Of a stretch of 64,000 nucleotides of DNA, positions 12,223-25,654 are shown piece by piece. Each line of letters starts with the position of its first letter. Position 1 is the first letter of the stretch. The DNA is from Mustelus asterias (taxonomy: Eukaryota), in NCBI RefSeq assembly GCF_964213995.1, contig NC_135830.1, forward strand, positions 11,346,001 through 11,410,000, written 5' to 3'. The notes below the pieces were generated by a model that worked only from the letters and a program-made list of their open reading frames with translations, searched no databases and had not been told where the DNA came from. The position numbers were made by a program, and so were the translations under genes.

Positions 12223-13521
12223 ATGAAGAAACTGTGGAAATGTGGGGACTGTGAGAAGGGATTCAATTATCCATCCCACTTGGAAATCCATCAACACAGT
12301 CACACTGGGAACAGCATCACAAAGAGACCGCGGAAATGTGAGGATTGTGGTGAAGGATTCTATTATCCATGCCTGCTGGAAGTCCACTGACGCAGTCACG
12401 CTGGGAAGAAGCTATTCACCTCTTGTGTGTGTGGAAAAGGATTTATTAAGGCAGCGAGCCTCGTGTCACACCTGCGAATTCACACTGAGGAAAGACCGTA
12501 TGACTGCACATACTGTGAAAGGAGGTTTAAACAGTCATCTACCCTCACTGCACATCAGCCAATTCACACTGGGATGAGACCATTCAGCTGCTTCGTATGT
12601 GGGAAGAGATTTACTCAGTTATCTCACCCTGCTTACATACCAGTCCTCCATCCTGTTAATCCACCAACCACTCACACTGGGGAGAAGCGATTCACCTGCT
12701 CCATACGTGAGAAAGGATTTACTCAGTCGTCTGGCCTTTGGTCACACCACAGAGTTCACACTGAGGAGAGGCCATACCCCTGCTCAGTCTGTGGGAAGGG
12801 ATTTACTCAGTTATCCCACCCTGCTAACACAGCAGAGAAATCACACTCGGAAGAAGCCAAAAAGCTGCACTTCCTGTGGGAAGAGCTTCAGGTCTTCATC
12901 CAACCTCAGTGCACAGAAGCGTGTTCACACTGGGGAGAAATCATTCACCTGCTCCAAGTGTGGGATGGAATTCACTCAGTCAGCCAACCTGGAAATACAC
13001 AAGAGAATTCACACTGAGGAGAAACCATTTAGCTGCACCTCCTGTGGAAAGAGCTTCAGGCAGTTATCCACACTCACTGCACAGCAACGCACTCACACTG
13101 GGGAGAGGCCATTCACCTGCGCTGTGTGGGGGAAGGCATTCACTCAGTCAGCCAGCCTCATGTTAAACCAGCAAGTTCACACTGAGGGGAGTCTGTTCAA
13201 CTGCACTCACTGTAGAAAGAAATTCAGGCAGTCTTCCGCGCTCACTGCACACCAGCGAATTCACATTGGGGAAAAATCATTCAACTGCTCCGTATGTGGG
13301 AAGGGCTTCACTCAGTCATCTGGGCTTTGGTCACACCAGCGAGTTCTCATTGGGGAGAAGCCATTCAGCTGAACTCTCTGTGAAAAGAGTTCCAGATCTT
13401 CATCTGATCTGAACGTACAAAGCGAGTTCACACTGGGGAGAGGTCGTTCACCTGCTGTGTGTGTGGAAAGGGTTTCACTCGGTCAGCCAATCTGTGGACA
13501 CACCAGAGCGTTCACAAGTGA
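12223..13521 (+). pseudogene. ZNF-D: zinc-finger pseudogene (~14 finger units)
   Basis: Premature TGA at 12388-12390, several frameshifts, Cys/His losses. Confidence 0.85.
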
Positions 13522-13929
13522 CTGCAGGAGTTGGATTATATTGTTATTTGCTGTTAATCACACCGAGGATTGTTAGTCTATTTTTTATTTGGTTTGTTTT
13601 TGCTGGTGTTAACAGCCCCATCGCAGACAGAACTGTAATATTGTGGAAAGAGCTTGATTTTTGGGGCTGCTGAGTCCCTATTTAAAAGCACCAGCTGTGA
13701 TCTTTCTCTCTAACTCAAGAACTCTCGACAGGTACGAGTTCACAATAAAATTATCAACCTCCACTTGAATTCCATGTTGATCATTGATGCAAAATCTACA
13801 ACTCAGTGTTGAAAGGTTCCAGCTCCAATTAGAAAATGCTGATTAATCCTTGCTGACAATTCTCACTGACTTAAATATTCTTTACAATGGGAACTCTATT
13901 ACATTATCAAGATACACTGAACAAAACAG

Positions 13930-14370
13930 AAAAATATTTCACAGTCACATCAGTAAAATCTTCATCAATCAACACTGATACTGATGAAACTTGGAAGTCG
14001 CTGAGTTCTCTCATTTCTGACACAGCAGCAGCAACATTTGGTAAAAGTTGCAAAGATGGTTTGAGACCCACTCAGCAGAGATGACATCTGTCATTGAAGC
14101 AAAAAGCAAAACCTACCTGATGTACAACATCAACCCAAAAGCTGGAGCACTGTGTCACTTGAATGTAGCCAGGACAGATGTGTAAAAAGCAGAGAGAGAT
14201 TGTGCAAATAATCATTGGATCAGCCTATTTCAAGAAATGCAAATTGTCTGTGGCAACAGAAATCTCTGTGCTGTGTATGATGGGATTAGGAGAGTAGTTG
14301 GCCTTCCCATCATCAAAGTTGCTCCCCTGAAATTGTCACTTGAGCTGGAAAAGGCTATTGATTGCAAACC
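13930..14370 (+). mobile_element. RTE-type LINE fragment
   Basis: WKSL...AAATFGK / WF.....EM..VIEAK / N...YDGIRRVVG remnants. Confidence 0.5.
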
Positions 14371-14371
14371 T

Positions 14372-14525
14372 ACCTCAGTTGATCTTTCTCTACACCCTCG
14401 CTATGACTGTATCACGACATTCTGCACTCTCTCCTTCCCAATGTACAGTATGCTTTGTCTGTATAGCGCACAAGAAACAATATTTTTCGCTGTATACTAG
14501 TACATGTGACAATAATAAATCAAAC
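14372..14525 (+). mobile_element. Rex1-type LINE 3' UTR fragment
   Basis: ttctgcactctc...gtgacaataataaatcaaa. Confidence 0.65.
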
Positions 14526-15689
14526 AGACCGCACAGAGAAACTAACTTTATAACAATCAGGATAGAATTAAACACACTGGTATGTTGGGATGTCCTGTGG
14601 TTGTGAAAGGCTCTGTAGAAATGTAAGTTTATAAATTGAAGATTTATGTTCTCTGATCTTGTTATCTGGAACTGAAGTAATTTCAGCCACCCCCATCTTG
14701 TCACTTATTAAATTCACTTTGGTTCAGACAAGACTTTAACCAATTAAGGCAAAGGCAGAATTCTCTGGATAGTAAATTTAAAAATAAGTTTATTCAATGA
14801 GAGAGGTTTACTGAACAACTTTAAGACATTGGCTTTTATAACTTGATGTGGGTGATCAGTCTGGAAGGTTAACCCTCTCTGGCTCCTTCTTTGACAGGAC
14901 TTTTTGTGGAATTCAGCCTCAGGAGTCTGGCTCCATCTTTGACAGGAATTTCCTTAAAACTCAGCCTCGGGACTCTTCAGTATTTGGCCAGCAGGGAAGA
15001 CCTTTGGAACCTCTACTTTTATTCCCTTACATCAGAGTTGGGCCTGTTTAACATGACAATTGGTCAATTTGATGAGATTAATTCAATTGAATCCCCAATA
15101 TTTACACCACCTTTTCTCTTCATCTTATTCAGGAATACAACATAATTGTTTCAGACTATCCCTTTACCTGATTCCATACAATCCCTTGTTCATACAGTTT
15201 CAAATATTGAAGAGTTTGAAGGTCCCTCTCGCCAGTACATTTATCTTCATTGCACATTCTTTACAGACACAGCAATAAGCTTTTACATTTTTACAGTAAA
15301 TAAAACTCAGCCTTTTACTATAACTACTGATTCATTAATTGTAACTTAATACAATCATGTTAATGGCTGGTGGCTAATTAATACAGGATTCTTTAATTCA
15401 TTTGGTTAATACAAGATTCACTGGTTCAAAAAGACACACGATGGAAGACAATAGGTTTCTTTCTTATTCACCTTGATCAGACTGAACAATCGACCTTATT
15501 CTTGAGCCAGATTTGACGGAATATAATGTCCTGTAGCTTATCAAAATGAGAGAAGAAATTCTTAGTTTAAACAATTTCTGCTGGTTATGCAGTTTCCACA
15601 AGCATTTGGGTGATTACAGCATTAATTTTTAAAATAAAGCTTCATTCACATGTCAGAGTTTAAGATTGTTTCCTTGACCTTGTTACTTA

Positions 15690-18600
15690 GAATGTTCAAG
15701 GAACAATTCAGCACAGTAACAGGCACTTGGGCCCACCGAGCCTGTGCCAATAGAGCTTCTATCTCTCTGTTCACCTCCTGTCTGTCTATCAAGATACACC
15801 TTGAACATTGCTAAGGTGCCTGCTTCCACCCCCTTCACTGGCAGTGCATTCCAGGCACCCAGCACCTCTACAGAGTCATAGAGGTTAACAGCATGGAAAC
15901 AGGCCCTTTGGCTCAACTTGTCCATGCTGCCCCTTTTTTTAAACGACTAAGCGAGTCCGAATTGCCCGCATTTGGCCCATATCCCTCGACAGCAATCTTG
16001 CTCGTAACTGTCTAAACGTTTTTCAAAAGACAAAATTGTACCCACCTCTACTACTACCTCTGGCAGCTTGTTCCAGACACTCGCCACCTCTGTGTGAAAA
16101 AGTTGCCCCTCTGGACCCTTTTGTATCTCTTCCCTCTCACCTTAAACCGAGGCACTCTAGTTTTAGACTTTGGGAAAAGTTATTGAGTATCTCGCTGATC
16201 TATGCCCCTCATTATTTTATAGACCTCTATAAGATCACTCCAAAGCCTCCTACGCTCCAGAGGAAAAAGTCCCAGTCTATGCAGCCTATCCTTATAACTC
16301 AAACCATCAAGTCCTGGGAGCATCCTAATAAATCTTTTCTGCACTCTTTCTAGTTTAATAATATCTTTTCTATAATAGGGTGACCAGACCTGTATGCTGT
16401 ATAACAAGTGTGGCCTTACCAATGTCTTGTGCAACTTCAACAAGACGTCCCAACTCCTGTATTCAATGTTCTGACCAATGAAACCAAGCATGCCGAATGC
16501 CTTCTTCACCACTCTGTCCACTCGTGGCTCCACTTTCAATGAGCTATGAACATGTACCCTTAGATCTCTTTGTTCTATAACTCTCCCCAATGCCCTATCA
16601 TTAACTAAGTCCTACCCTGGTTCGATCTACCAAAATGCATCACCTCGCACTTATCTAAATTAAACTCCATCTGCCATTCGTCAGCCCATTGGCCCAATTG
16701 ATCAAGAACCCATTGCAATCCGAGCTAACCATCTTCACTGTCCACTATGCCACCCACCTTGATGTCATCTGCAAACTTACTAATCACACCTCCTAAATTC
16801 TCATCCAAATCATTAATATAAATGACAAATAATAGTGGACCCAGCACCGATCCCTGAGGCACATCACTGGTCACAGGCCTTCAGTTTGAAAAACAACCAT
16901 CTACAATCACCCTCTGTCTTCTGTCATCAAGCCAATTTTGTATCCATTTGGCTACTTCACCCTGGATCCCGTGAGATTTAATCTTATGCAACAACCTACC
17001 ATGAAGTACCATGTCAAAGGCCTTGCTAAAGTCCATGTAGACAACAACAACTGCACTGCCCTCATCTACCTTCTTGGTTACCCCTTCAAAAAACTCAATC
17101 AAACTTCTGAGACATGATTTTCTACTCACAAAGCCATGCTGACTGTCCCTGATCAGTCCTTGTGTCTCTAAATGCCTGTACATCCTGTCTCTCAGAATAC
17201 CTTCGACCAGCGTACCCACTACAGATGTGAGGCTCACCAGCCTGTAGTTCCCAGGCTTTTTCCTGCAGCCCTTTCTAAACAAAGGCACAACATTTGCCAT
17301 CCTCCTATCTTCAGGCACCTCAGCTGTGGATGTCAATTCAAATATCTCTGCTCGGGGACTCGCAATTTCCTCCCTAGCCTCCCACAACGTCCTGGGACAC
17401 ACTTCATCAGGTCCTGGGGATTTATCTACCTTGATGTGCTTTAAAACTTCGAGCACATCCTTCTCTGTTATGTGCACACTTCTCAAGACATCACGATTTA
17501 TTTCCCCAAGTTCCCCAACATCCATGCCTCAACAGTAAATACTGATGAGAAATATTCATTTAGGATCTCACCCATCTCTTGTGGATCCGCACATAGATGA
17601 CCTTGTTGACCCTTAAAAGACCCTACTCTCTATACTCTGTATTTGTAGAATCTCTGGATTCTCCTTTGCCTTATCTGCCAAAGCAATCTCATGTCCCCTT
17701 TTTGCCCGCCTGATTTCTCTCTTAACTGTACTCCTACACCCTCTATACACTTCAAGGGATACACTTGATCCCAGCTGCCTATGCATGTCATGTGCCTCCT
17801 CCTTCTTCTTGACCAGGGCCTCAATATCCCAAGTCATCCAGGATTCCCTACTTCTACCAGCCTTGCCCCTCACTCTAAGAGGAATGTGCTTTTCCTGAAC
17901 CCTGGTTAACACACTTTTGAAAGTCTCCCACTTACCAGACGTCCCTTTACCTTCCCACAGACTCCCCCAATTAACTTTTGAAAGTTCCTGCCTGATACCA
18001 TCAAAATTTAGAATTTTAACCTTTGGGCCTGACCTATCATTCTCTATAGCTATCTTAAAACTAATAGAATTATGGTCACTGGTCCCAAAGTGATCCCTCA
18101 CTAACACTTCTGTCACCTGCCCTTCCTTATTTCCCAAGAGGAGGTCAAGTTTTGCCCCCTCTCTAGTCGGGCCATCCACATACTGAATGAGAAATTCCTC
18201 CTGAATACATTCAACAAATTTCTCTCTATCCAACCCTCTCATACTATGGCTGTCCCAGTCAATGTTGAGAAAGTTAAAATCGCCGACTATTACCACCCTA
18301 TTTTTTGGAGCTATTTGTAATCTCCTTACATATTTGCTCCTCAATTTCCCGCTGACTATTTGGGGGCCTATAGTACAACCCTATCAAAGTGATTTTCCCC
18401 CTTCTTACTTCTCAGTTCTACCCATATAGACTCAGTGGGCGAACCCTCGGATATATCCCCTCAGTACTGCTGTGATGTTTTCCCTCATCAAAAGTGCAAC
18501 TCCCCCTCCTCTCTTACCTCCTGTTCTATCTTTCCTATAGCATCTGTACCCTGAAACATTGAGCTGCCAGTCTTGTCCCTCCCTCAGCCATGTTTCAGTA

Positions 18601-19400
18601 ATAGCTATAATATCCCAGTCCCACGTACCCATCCATGCCCTGAATTCATCTGCCTTGCCTGTTAGGCCTCTTGCATTGAAATAAATGCAGTTTAATCTGG
18701 ACTTCCCTTGCTCTCTGCTCTGCTTTTGACTGACCTGTCCAGTACTAGGATTACTGACACTGTCTTTACTATTTAATGTGCTCTCTTTAACTTCTGTCCT
18801 CAATCTTCTCTTCTGTCTCCCTATTGCTTTGGATCCCACCCCCCTGCCAAACTAGTTTAAACCCTCCCGAGTGGCTCTCGCAAATCTCCCCGCCAGGATG
18901 TTAGTCCCCCTCCAGTTCAGGTGTAACCTGTCCCTCTTGAACAGGTCACCCCTTCCCCAGAAGAGATCCCAATGATCCACAAATCTAAATCCCTGCCTCC
19001 TGCACCTGCTCTCAAGCCAGGCATTCATCTGCCTAATCTTCCTATTCCTACTCTCACTAACATGTGGCACCGGCAGTAATCCAGAAATTACTACCTTCGA
19101 GGTCCTGCACTGTAGTCTGCTGCCTAACTCACTAAATTCACTCTTCAGGACCTCATCCTTTTTCACCATGTATGTGAAAACTTTCCCCGCATGTTTCCCC
19201 GAACCTCATCACCTCTCACCTTGTGCCCTCTTGTAGTCGACCCTTCTTCCCTGGGGAAAAGCCTCTGACAATCCACCCTACATTTGCTTCTCATAGTTTT
19301 GTGGAGGTCACTCCTCAGCATCCGTCTTTCCAGTGAAAACAATCCGAACTTGTCCAACCTCTTCTTGTACCTTAAATCCTCCAGACCAGCAACATACCAT
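15690..19400 (-). mobile_element. Decayed CR1 LINE (end of ORF1 esterase through ORF2 APE/RT to 3' UTR, ~15870-19165) plus flanking CR1 fragments
   Basis: ORF pieces 18852-19169 (DRLHLNWRG), 18432-18839 (YFNARG, ITETW), 17613-18344 (GDFN, SDHN), 16881-17525 (DFSKAFD), 16180-16590. Confidence 0.9.
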
Positions 19401-19404
19401 TTGA

Positions 19405-19760
19405 CACTCAGGAAAGGAAAGGCTCGGGCTGTTTTTTCCTAGGACAGAGAAGACTGAAGGGTGACCTGATGCAACTCTTTAAGATTATGAAGGGGTTCAA
19501 TATTCCAATAGGTATTTCAGTGAGAAACCTCTTTACCCAGTGAATGGTGAGAATGTGGAACTCGCTACCACAGCGAGTGGTTGAGGTGAACAGCATGAAT
19601 ACATTGAAGGGGAAGCTCGATACATACATGAGGGAGAGAGGAATAGAAGGATATGCTGATGGGGGGAGATGAAGAGGGGTGGGTGGAGGCTCATGTGGGG
19701 CATAAATACTGACCAATTGAGCCGACTGGCCTGGCCCTGTGCTGTAGACTCAATGGAACA
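19405..19760 (+). mobile_element. CR1 3' fragment, shared with 51390-51730
   Basis: Near-identical sequence and 3' junction to the copy downstream of ZNF-K. Confidence 0.8.
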
Positions 19761-20034
19761 GAGACAAATGTACCTACCTGTAGTATAGAAAACACACTAC
19801 TTACTATCCAGGATAAAATAAATGTCCCTCATCAACTTTTGTGGATCATTTCAGTGGAGATGTACACTCCCAGGCTCAAAGAGCATCAGCCCACTGGAAA
19901 CAAAGTTGTGAGACCGGCCAGTCCAGCAGAAAGAAACCCTCCGACCCTCCCACTTCACCAACTGTCAGCATGAACATGGTTCAGTCCTGGATGTGATCAA
20001 CAGCAGCAATAACAGCAGAATCCAACCTCTGTAA

Positions 20035-20988
20035 TCAATTATGAACTCGCTGGTGTCTCAGCAGGGTAGATGACTGAGTGAATTCTTTCCCACAGTCAGA
20101 GCAGGTGAATGGTCTCTCCCCAGTGTGGACTCGCTGGTGTCTTCTCAGGTTGGACAAATCTCGGAACTGCTTCCCACAATCAGAGCAGGGAAATGGTCTC
20201 TCCCCAGTGTGAACTCGCTGGTGTTTTTGCAGAGTGGATGAATCTTTGAATTTCTTCGCACACACTGTGCAGATGAACGGCCTTTCCTCAGTGTGAATTC
20301 GGTGGTGTGTCAGCAGATGGGTTGAATTTTTGAATCCCTTCCCACAGTCAGAACAGATGAATGACCTCTCCTCGGTGTGAACCTGTCGGTGTCGTATCAG
20401 GTTGGATAACCATCTGAACCTTCTTGCGCAGTGAGAGCAGCTGAATTGTTTCTGCTCAGTATGAACTCGCTGGTGTGTCTGCAGGTTGGATGACTGAGTG
20501 AATCCCTTCCCACACTGAGAGCAGGTAAACGGCCTCTCCCCAGTGTGAGCTCGCTGGTGTGTCAGCAAATCGGAGAACTGATTGAATCTCTTCCCACACT
20601 CAGAGCAGCTGAAAGGCCTCTCCCCAGTGTGAATTCGCTGGTGTGTCTGCAGGTTGGATAACTGAGTGAATCCCTTCCCACACACAGAGCAAACAAATGG
20701 CCTCTCCCCAGTGTGAACTCGCTGATGCATCTTCAGGGTGGATGAATGTTTGAAACCTTTCCCACATGCAGTGCAGGTGAATGGCCTTTCCTTAGTGTGA
20801 ATTCGCTGGTGTGTCAGCAGGTGGGATGAATTTGTGAATCCCTTCCCACAATCAGAGCAGGTAAACAGCCGCTCCCCAGTGTGAATGCGTCGGTGAGTTT
20901 CTAGTTTTGAGGGGGTTATGAATCTCTTTCCGCAGTCCTCACATTTCCATGGTTTCTCCGTGGTGCAGGTGTCCTTGTGTCTCTCCAT
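20035..20988 (-). CDS. ZNF-E: tandem C2H2 protein, 11 intact fingers
   Basis: ATG at 20988 (aacATGg; MERHKDTCTTEKPWKC); 11 canonical fingers; family 3' UTR. Confidence 0.88.
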   Translation of the reverse strand: MERHKDTCTTEKPWKCEDCGKRFITPSKLETHRRIHTGERLFTCSDCGKGFTNSSHLLTHQRIHTKERPFTCTACGKGFKHSSTLKMHQRVHTGERPFVCSVCGKGFTQLSNLQTHQRIHTGERPFSCSECGKRFNQFSDLLTHQRAHTGERPFTCSQCGKGFTQSSNLQTHQRVHTEQKQFSCSHCARRFRWLSNLIRHRQVHTEERSFICSDCGKGFKNSTHLLTHHRIHTEERPFICTVCAKKFKDSSTLQKHQRVHTGERPFPCSDCGKQFRDLSNLRRHQRVHTGERPFTCSDCGKEFTQSSTLLRHQRVHN

Positions 20989-21412
20989 GTTCAACAATCA
21001 AATTAGGTTTCTGCACACAGGACACCCGGCTCCAAATGGGAATGTTTTTTCAAGCTGTGTAACTGGTTAAAACTGGAACACTCAGTTCAGAGTGTGTGTG
21101 TTGATGCTTTTCCAGTCACACTGATAGTTAATAACTGCTGAAGCTGATAGAGCAGACAATTATTTCTCCATCTAGATTCAGAGGCCACTGATGTTCACTT
21201 TGCAATGAATCAACTGAATCTTTCAGATCCTGATGCGACGTTTGATTTGAGATTTCTGGCTTAAATCCTCACTTCTAACATCTGTAAAAGAAGTTGACAA
21301 AAGTAATCAGTGTTAGTACAGGATAGAAATTCAGAACAGACAATTCTAGTTCCTCTGGAGCACGTTTTCCTCTCTCATTCCCCAAAATCTGTAAATTTCA
21401 TTCGCACACATT

Positions 21413-22062
21413 GGGAGGCAATGCCCGAGTGGTATTATCACGAGATTATTCATCCAAAACTCAGCTAATGTTCTGGGGACCCAGGTTCGAATGACGCCAC
21501 GGCAGTCGGTAGAATTTGAATTCAATAAAAAAAATGTGGAATTAAGAATCTATTGATGAAGGTGAAACCATTGTCGATTGTCGGAAAACCCCATCTGGTT
21601 CACTAATGCCCTTTAGGGAAAGAAATCTGCCATCCTCACCTGTCCTGGCCTACATGTGACACCATAGCCACAGAAATGTGTTGGTTCTCAACTGCCCTCT
21701 GAAACAGCCCAGTGACCCAATCAGTTCAAGGGCAATGAGGGATGGGCAATAAATGCTGTAAGAAGTTTAACAACACCAGGTTAAAGCCCAACAGGTATAT
21801 TTGGTAGCAAAAGCCACACAAGCTTTCGGAGCTCTAAGCCCCTTCTTCAGGTGAAGAGCTACATGTGACACCATAGTGACTGACACCATAGTGACTTAGA
21901 GCTCCGAAAGTTTGTGTGGCTTTTGCTACCAAATAAACCTGTTGGACTTTAACCTGGTGTTGTTAAACTTCTTATTGTGTTTACCCCAGTCCAACGCCGG
22001 CATCTCCACATCAATAAATGCTGGCCATCCAGTGATGCCCATGTCTCACGAATGAAGAAAAA
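21413..22062 (+). mobile_element. SacSINE1/DeuSINE-like tRNA-derived SINE (interrupted)
   Basis: B-box ggttcgaat, Deu-like ccatctggttcactaatgccctttaggg, tail gaatgaagaaaaaa. Confidence 0.7.
21758..22013. mobile_element. Palindromic Penelope-derived insertion (family 1)
   Basis: Inverted arms; direct repeat caataaatgctg at 21747-21758 and 22012-22023. Confidence 0.8.
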
Positions 22063-22139
22063 AGAACTCTCCCTCCATTCTCATTCTGCTGGATCTAATA
22101 TTCACCCTCCCAATTTTCCTGAAGAGGCTGATTGACAGA

Positions 22140-22942
22140 CCTGGGCCAAACTTTCCAGAGTCTGCAGCCTCCCTGGATTCACTTCCTTTCCCTTCAGTTG
22201 CTGCAAGTCAACAATTTCCCCAGAAATGAGAAAAGAAATGGAAAGGGGAAGAAAAGAAAGTGTTTTACTCACAGATTTTGGCCTCTTTTAAGGCGACAGG
22301 AGAAAGTTTCAGTCTGTGTGAAGTTCAACCTGCATTGTCACAAAGCCCGCGCCCTGGATTGTCTGGAGGGCCACAGCCCTTCCGGTCCTCCAACACTTCC
22401 CATGGGTCAACAATTCAGCATGAACGTCAGAGGGTGGGTTCTCCCCCGGAACATTCGCAGCTTCCCCTCTCCATTAGACATGCGCAGTCCCGGACTTTGG
22501 GGGGAGGGGGAGATCACCGAGCGGCTTCTCGCTCTGGCCGGAGCCGTCAGCCGGTTGCCTGGAAACCTTGGCTCGATGTGGTGTAGGGGGAGGGAACAAT
22601 GGGTGGGGGCGGGGCTCCCGGGTCCGCGCGCCCGGGCCTGCGCACTGGAACCCGGAGACGTCACCGCGTAGCAGAGTGATTCTTATTGGCTATTCAGGCA
22701 CGCCTCCATTGTGACGTCAGAATACGGAAATTGTCCAATGAGCTTCAGAGTGAAACTTCCTCCTCTGGGCAACATCTGGGAGGAAATCAATGTTTCCCCC
22801 TTTCCATTTATTTTCTCATTCTGGGGGAAATTGGGGACTTGCAGCAACTGAAGGGAAAGGAAGTGAATCCAGGAAGGCTGCAGACTCTGAAAAGCTTATA
22901 GACGAACATCGGAATTAGGAGCAGGACTAGGCCCAGGTATCT
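22140..22942. promoter_or_regulatory. Bidirectional promoter (module B) and first exons of ZNF-E and ZNF-F
   Basis: CpG-rich core, ATTGG, CRE TGACGTCA, ETS-like CGGAAA; donors ct/gtgagt on the - strand (~22272) and ag/gtatct on the + strand (~22937). Confidence 0.65.
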
Positions 22943-22949
22943 TTTTCTT

Positions 22950-23284
22950 TAGAATAGAATCCCTACAGTGCAGAAGGAGGCCATTCGGCCCATCGAGTCT
23001 GCACCGACCACAATCCCACCCAGGCCCTACCCCCACATATTTTACCTGCTAATCCCTCTAACCTACGCATCTCAGGACTCTAAGGGGCAATTTTTAACCT
23101 GGCCAATCAACCTAACCTGCACATCTTTAGACTGTGGGAGGAAACCGGAGCACCCGGAGGAAACCCACGCAGACACGAGGAGAATGTGCAAACTCCACAC
23201 AGACAGTGACCCGAGCCGGGAATCGAACCCGGGACCCTGGAGCTGTGAAGCAGCAGTGCTAACCACTGTGCTACCGTGCCGCCC
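22950..23284 (-). mobile_element. HE1 SINE
   Basis: Full-length; absent at the paralogous site ~44000. Confidence 0.9.
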
Positions 23285-23795
23285 AAAGATATTGACATCC
23301 TTTAGCCCCCTCAGTTTGACACATTTATTTATCTGGCTAATCGGATGGCCTCTTACCCAATGTTCACAATTAAAGGGGGAATTTTCCCAGGAGAAAGCTA
23401 ACATTTAAATGAACAGAACATTTGTATGGTACAGAGATATGTATAATGTAGTTATATTGTATCTACTACGTTATTTATGATCCCTTATTTCTTGTCTTGA
23501 AATATATAGCAATGTGGCTACTTTATATATTTCCAGTGATGGAAACATTACAACATAGAAGGAATCAGTTTGGCAACTCAGATCCATGCCAACTCTCTGT
23601 GGAGCAATTCAGTCAGTCCCATTCCCTCTCTATATTCCCATTCCCCTGAGTTTCACATCACAATGGAATGGGGTGAGAGTGCCAGATAATCTGGGACTGG
23701 GGTGGAGTTGTGCAATGTCACTGAGGAGGAACAAAACGGTCTTGATGATGATGTGGATATGTGGCTGGAAGCTCATCTTGGGGTGAAATATTTCA

Positions 23796-23932
23796 GCACC
23801 AGGTTAAAGTCCAACAGGTTTATTTGGTAGCAAATAAACCTTTGCTACCAAATAAACCTGTTGGACTTTAACCTGGTGTTGTTAAACTTCTTACTGTGTT
23901 TACCCCAGTCCAACGCCGGCATCTCCACATCA
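23796..23932. mobile_element. Short palindromic Penelope-derived insertion (family 1)
   Basis: 12-bp TSD tgaaatatttca (23784-23795, 23933-23944); single copy at paralog ~43145. Confidence 0.82.
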
Positions 23933-24783
23933 TGAAATATTTCACCATGATTGTGAACAGCCTTGTTCAGCCTCAGACAGTTGCCAGGAAGAGGGAGAGA
24001 GTTTTTTAAAAAAGATTATTTATTCGTCGCAAGTAAGGCTTACATTAACATTGCAATGAAGTTCCTGTGAAATTCCCCTAGTCGCCCCACTCCGACGCCT
24101 GTTCGGGTCAATGCACTTTTTTAACCAGCACATCTTTCAGTTGCTGGCGAGGGAGTGGAGTTTGCAGTCAGACTGAAGACAATGGGTTCAGTTTTCCCAG
24201 TATTTATACAAAAGAAATTTCTGTTCTTTTAGTACTGCAAGTCAGATAAGTCAGGATGGTGTGTGAGTTGGAGGAATTCGGAGGTGATGGTGTTTATATC
24301 CACCTGCTACCTTGGTCCTTCTAGATGCTGGAGGTTGAGGGTTTAGGAGATTCTGTCAAAGTTCTTGTCAAGATGCAGATGTATAAATCCCTCTCTTTCA
24401 CCCCAGCCACTCCTACTTCTCTCTATCTCCTCCCACAGTGCCACAGTGGATCTTGTGTAGACCCAGACTGTGTGGCAGGTTTCCTTCCCTGAAGGACATC
24501 AATAAACCAGTTGGGTTTTTATGACAATTCAGCAGCTTTCATGGTTACCTTTTCCTCACGCTGACCCCACAAATTACCAGATTTCCAGATTCATTCAGCT
24601 CAATTTCACAACCCACCTTTGCATTTTTGTGGGTTCTTTTTCACTCTGTTTTCTGTTTTAAATCAATTTTGCACTGTTTTAGAAGAGGGGGACTTGCAGT
24701 TGGGAAACTGAAACCAAACATGACATCAGAACCTGATGGAGTCGGCCAATTTATTGTAACCTGAATATCATTGTATTTTGAAC

Positions 24784-25631
<848 letters not shown>

Positions 25632-25654
25632 CTGTTGTGACTGGATTTCAAATT

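Noticed and set aside
14698-15685. Possible solo LTRs here and at ~49020-50566
   Set aside because: LTR-like composition, but I could not define both termini and a TSD
22968-23408. Recurrent ORFs such as DCGRKPEHPEETHADT and GHCLCGVCTFS
   Set aside because: Translations of HE1 SINE copies
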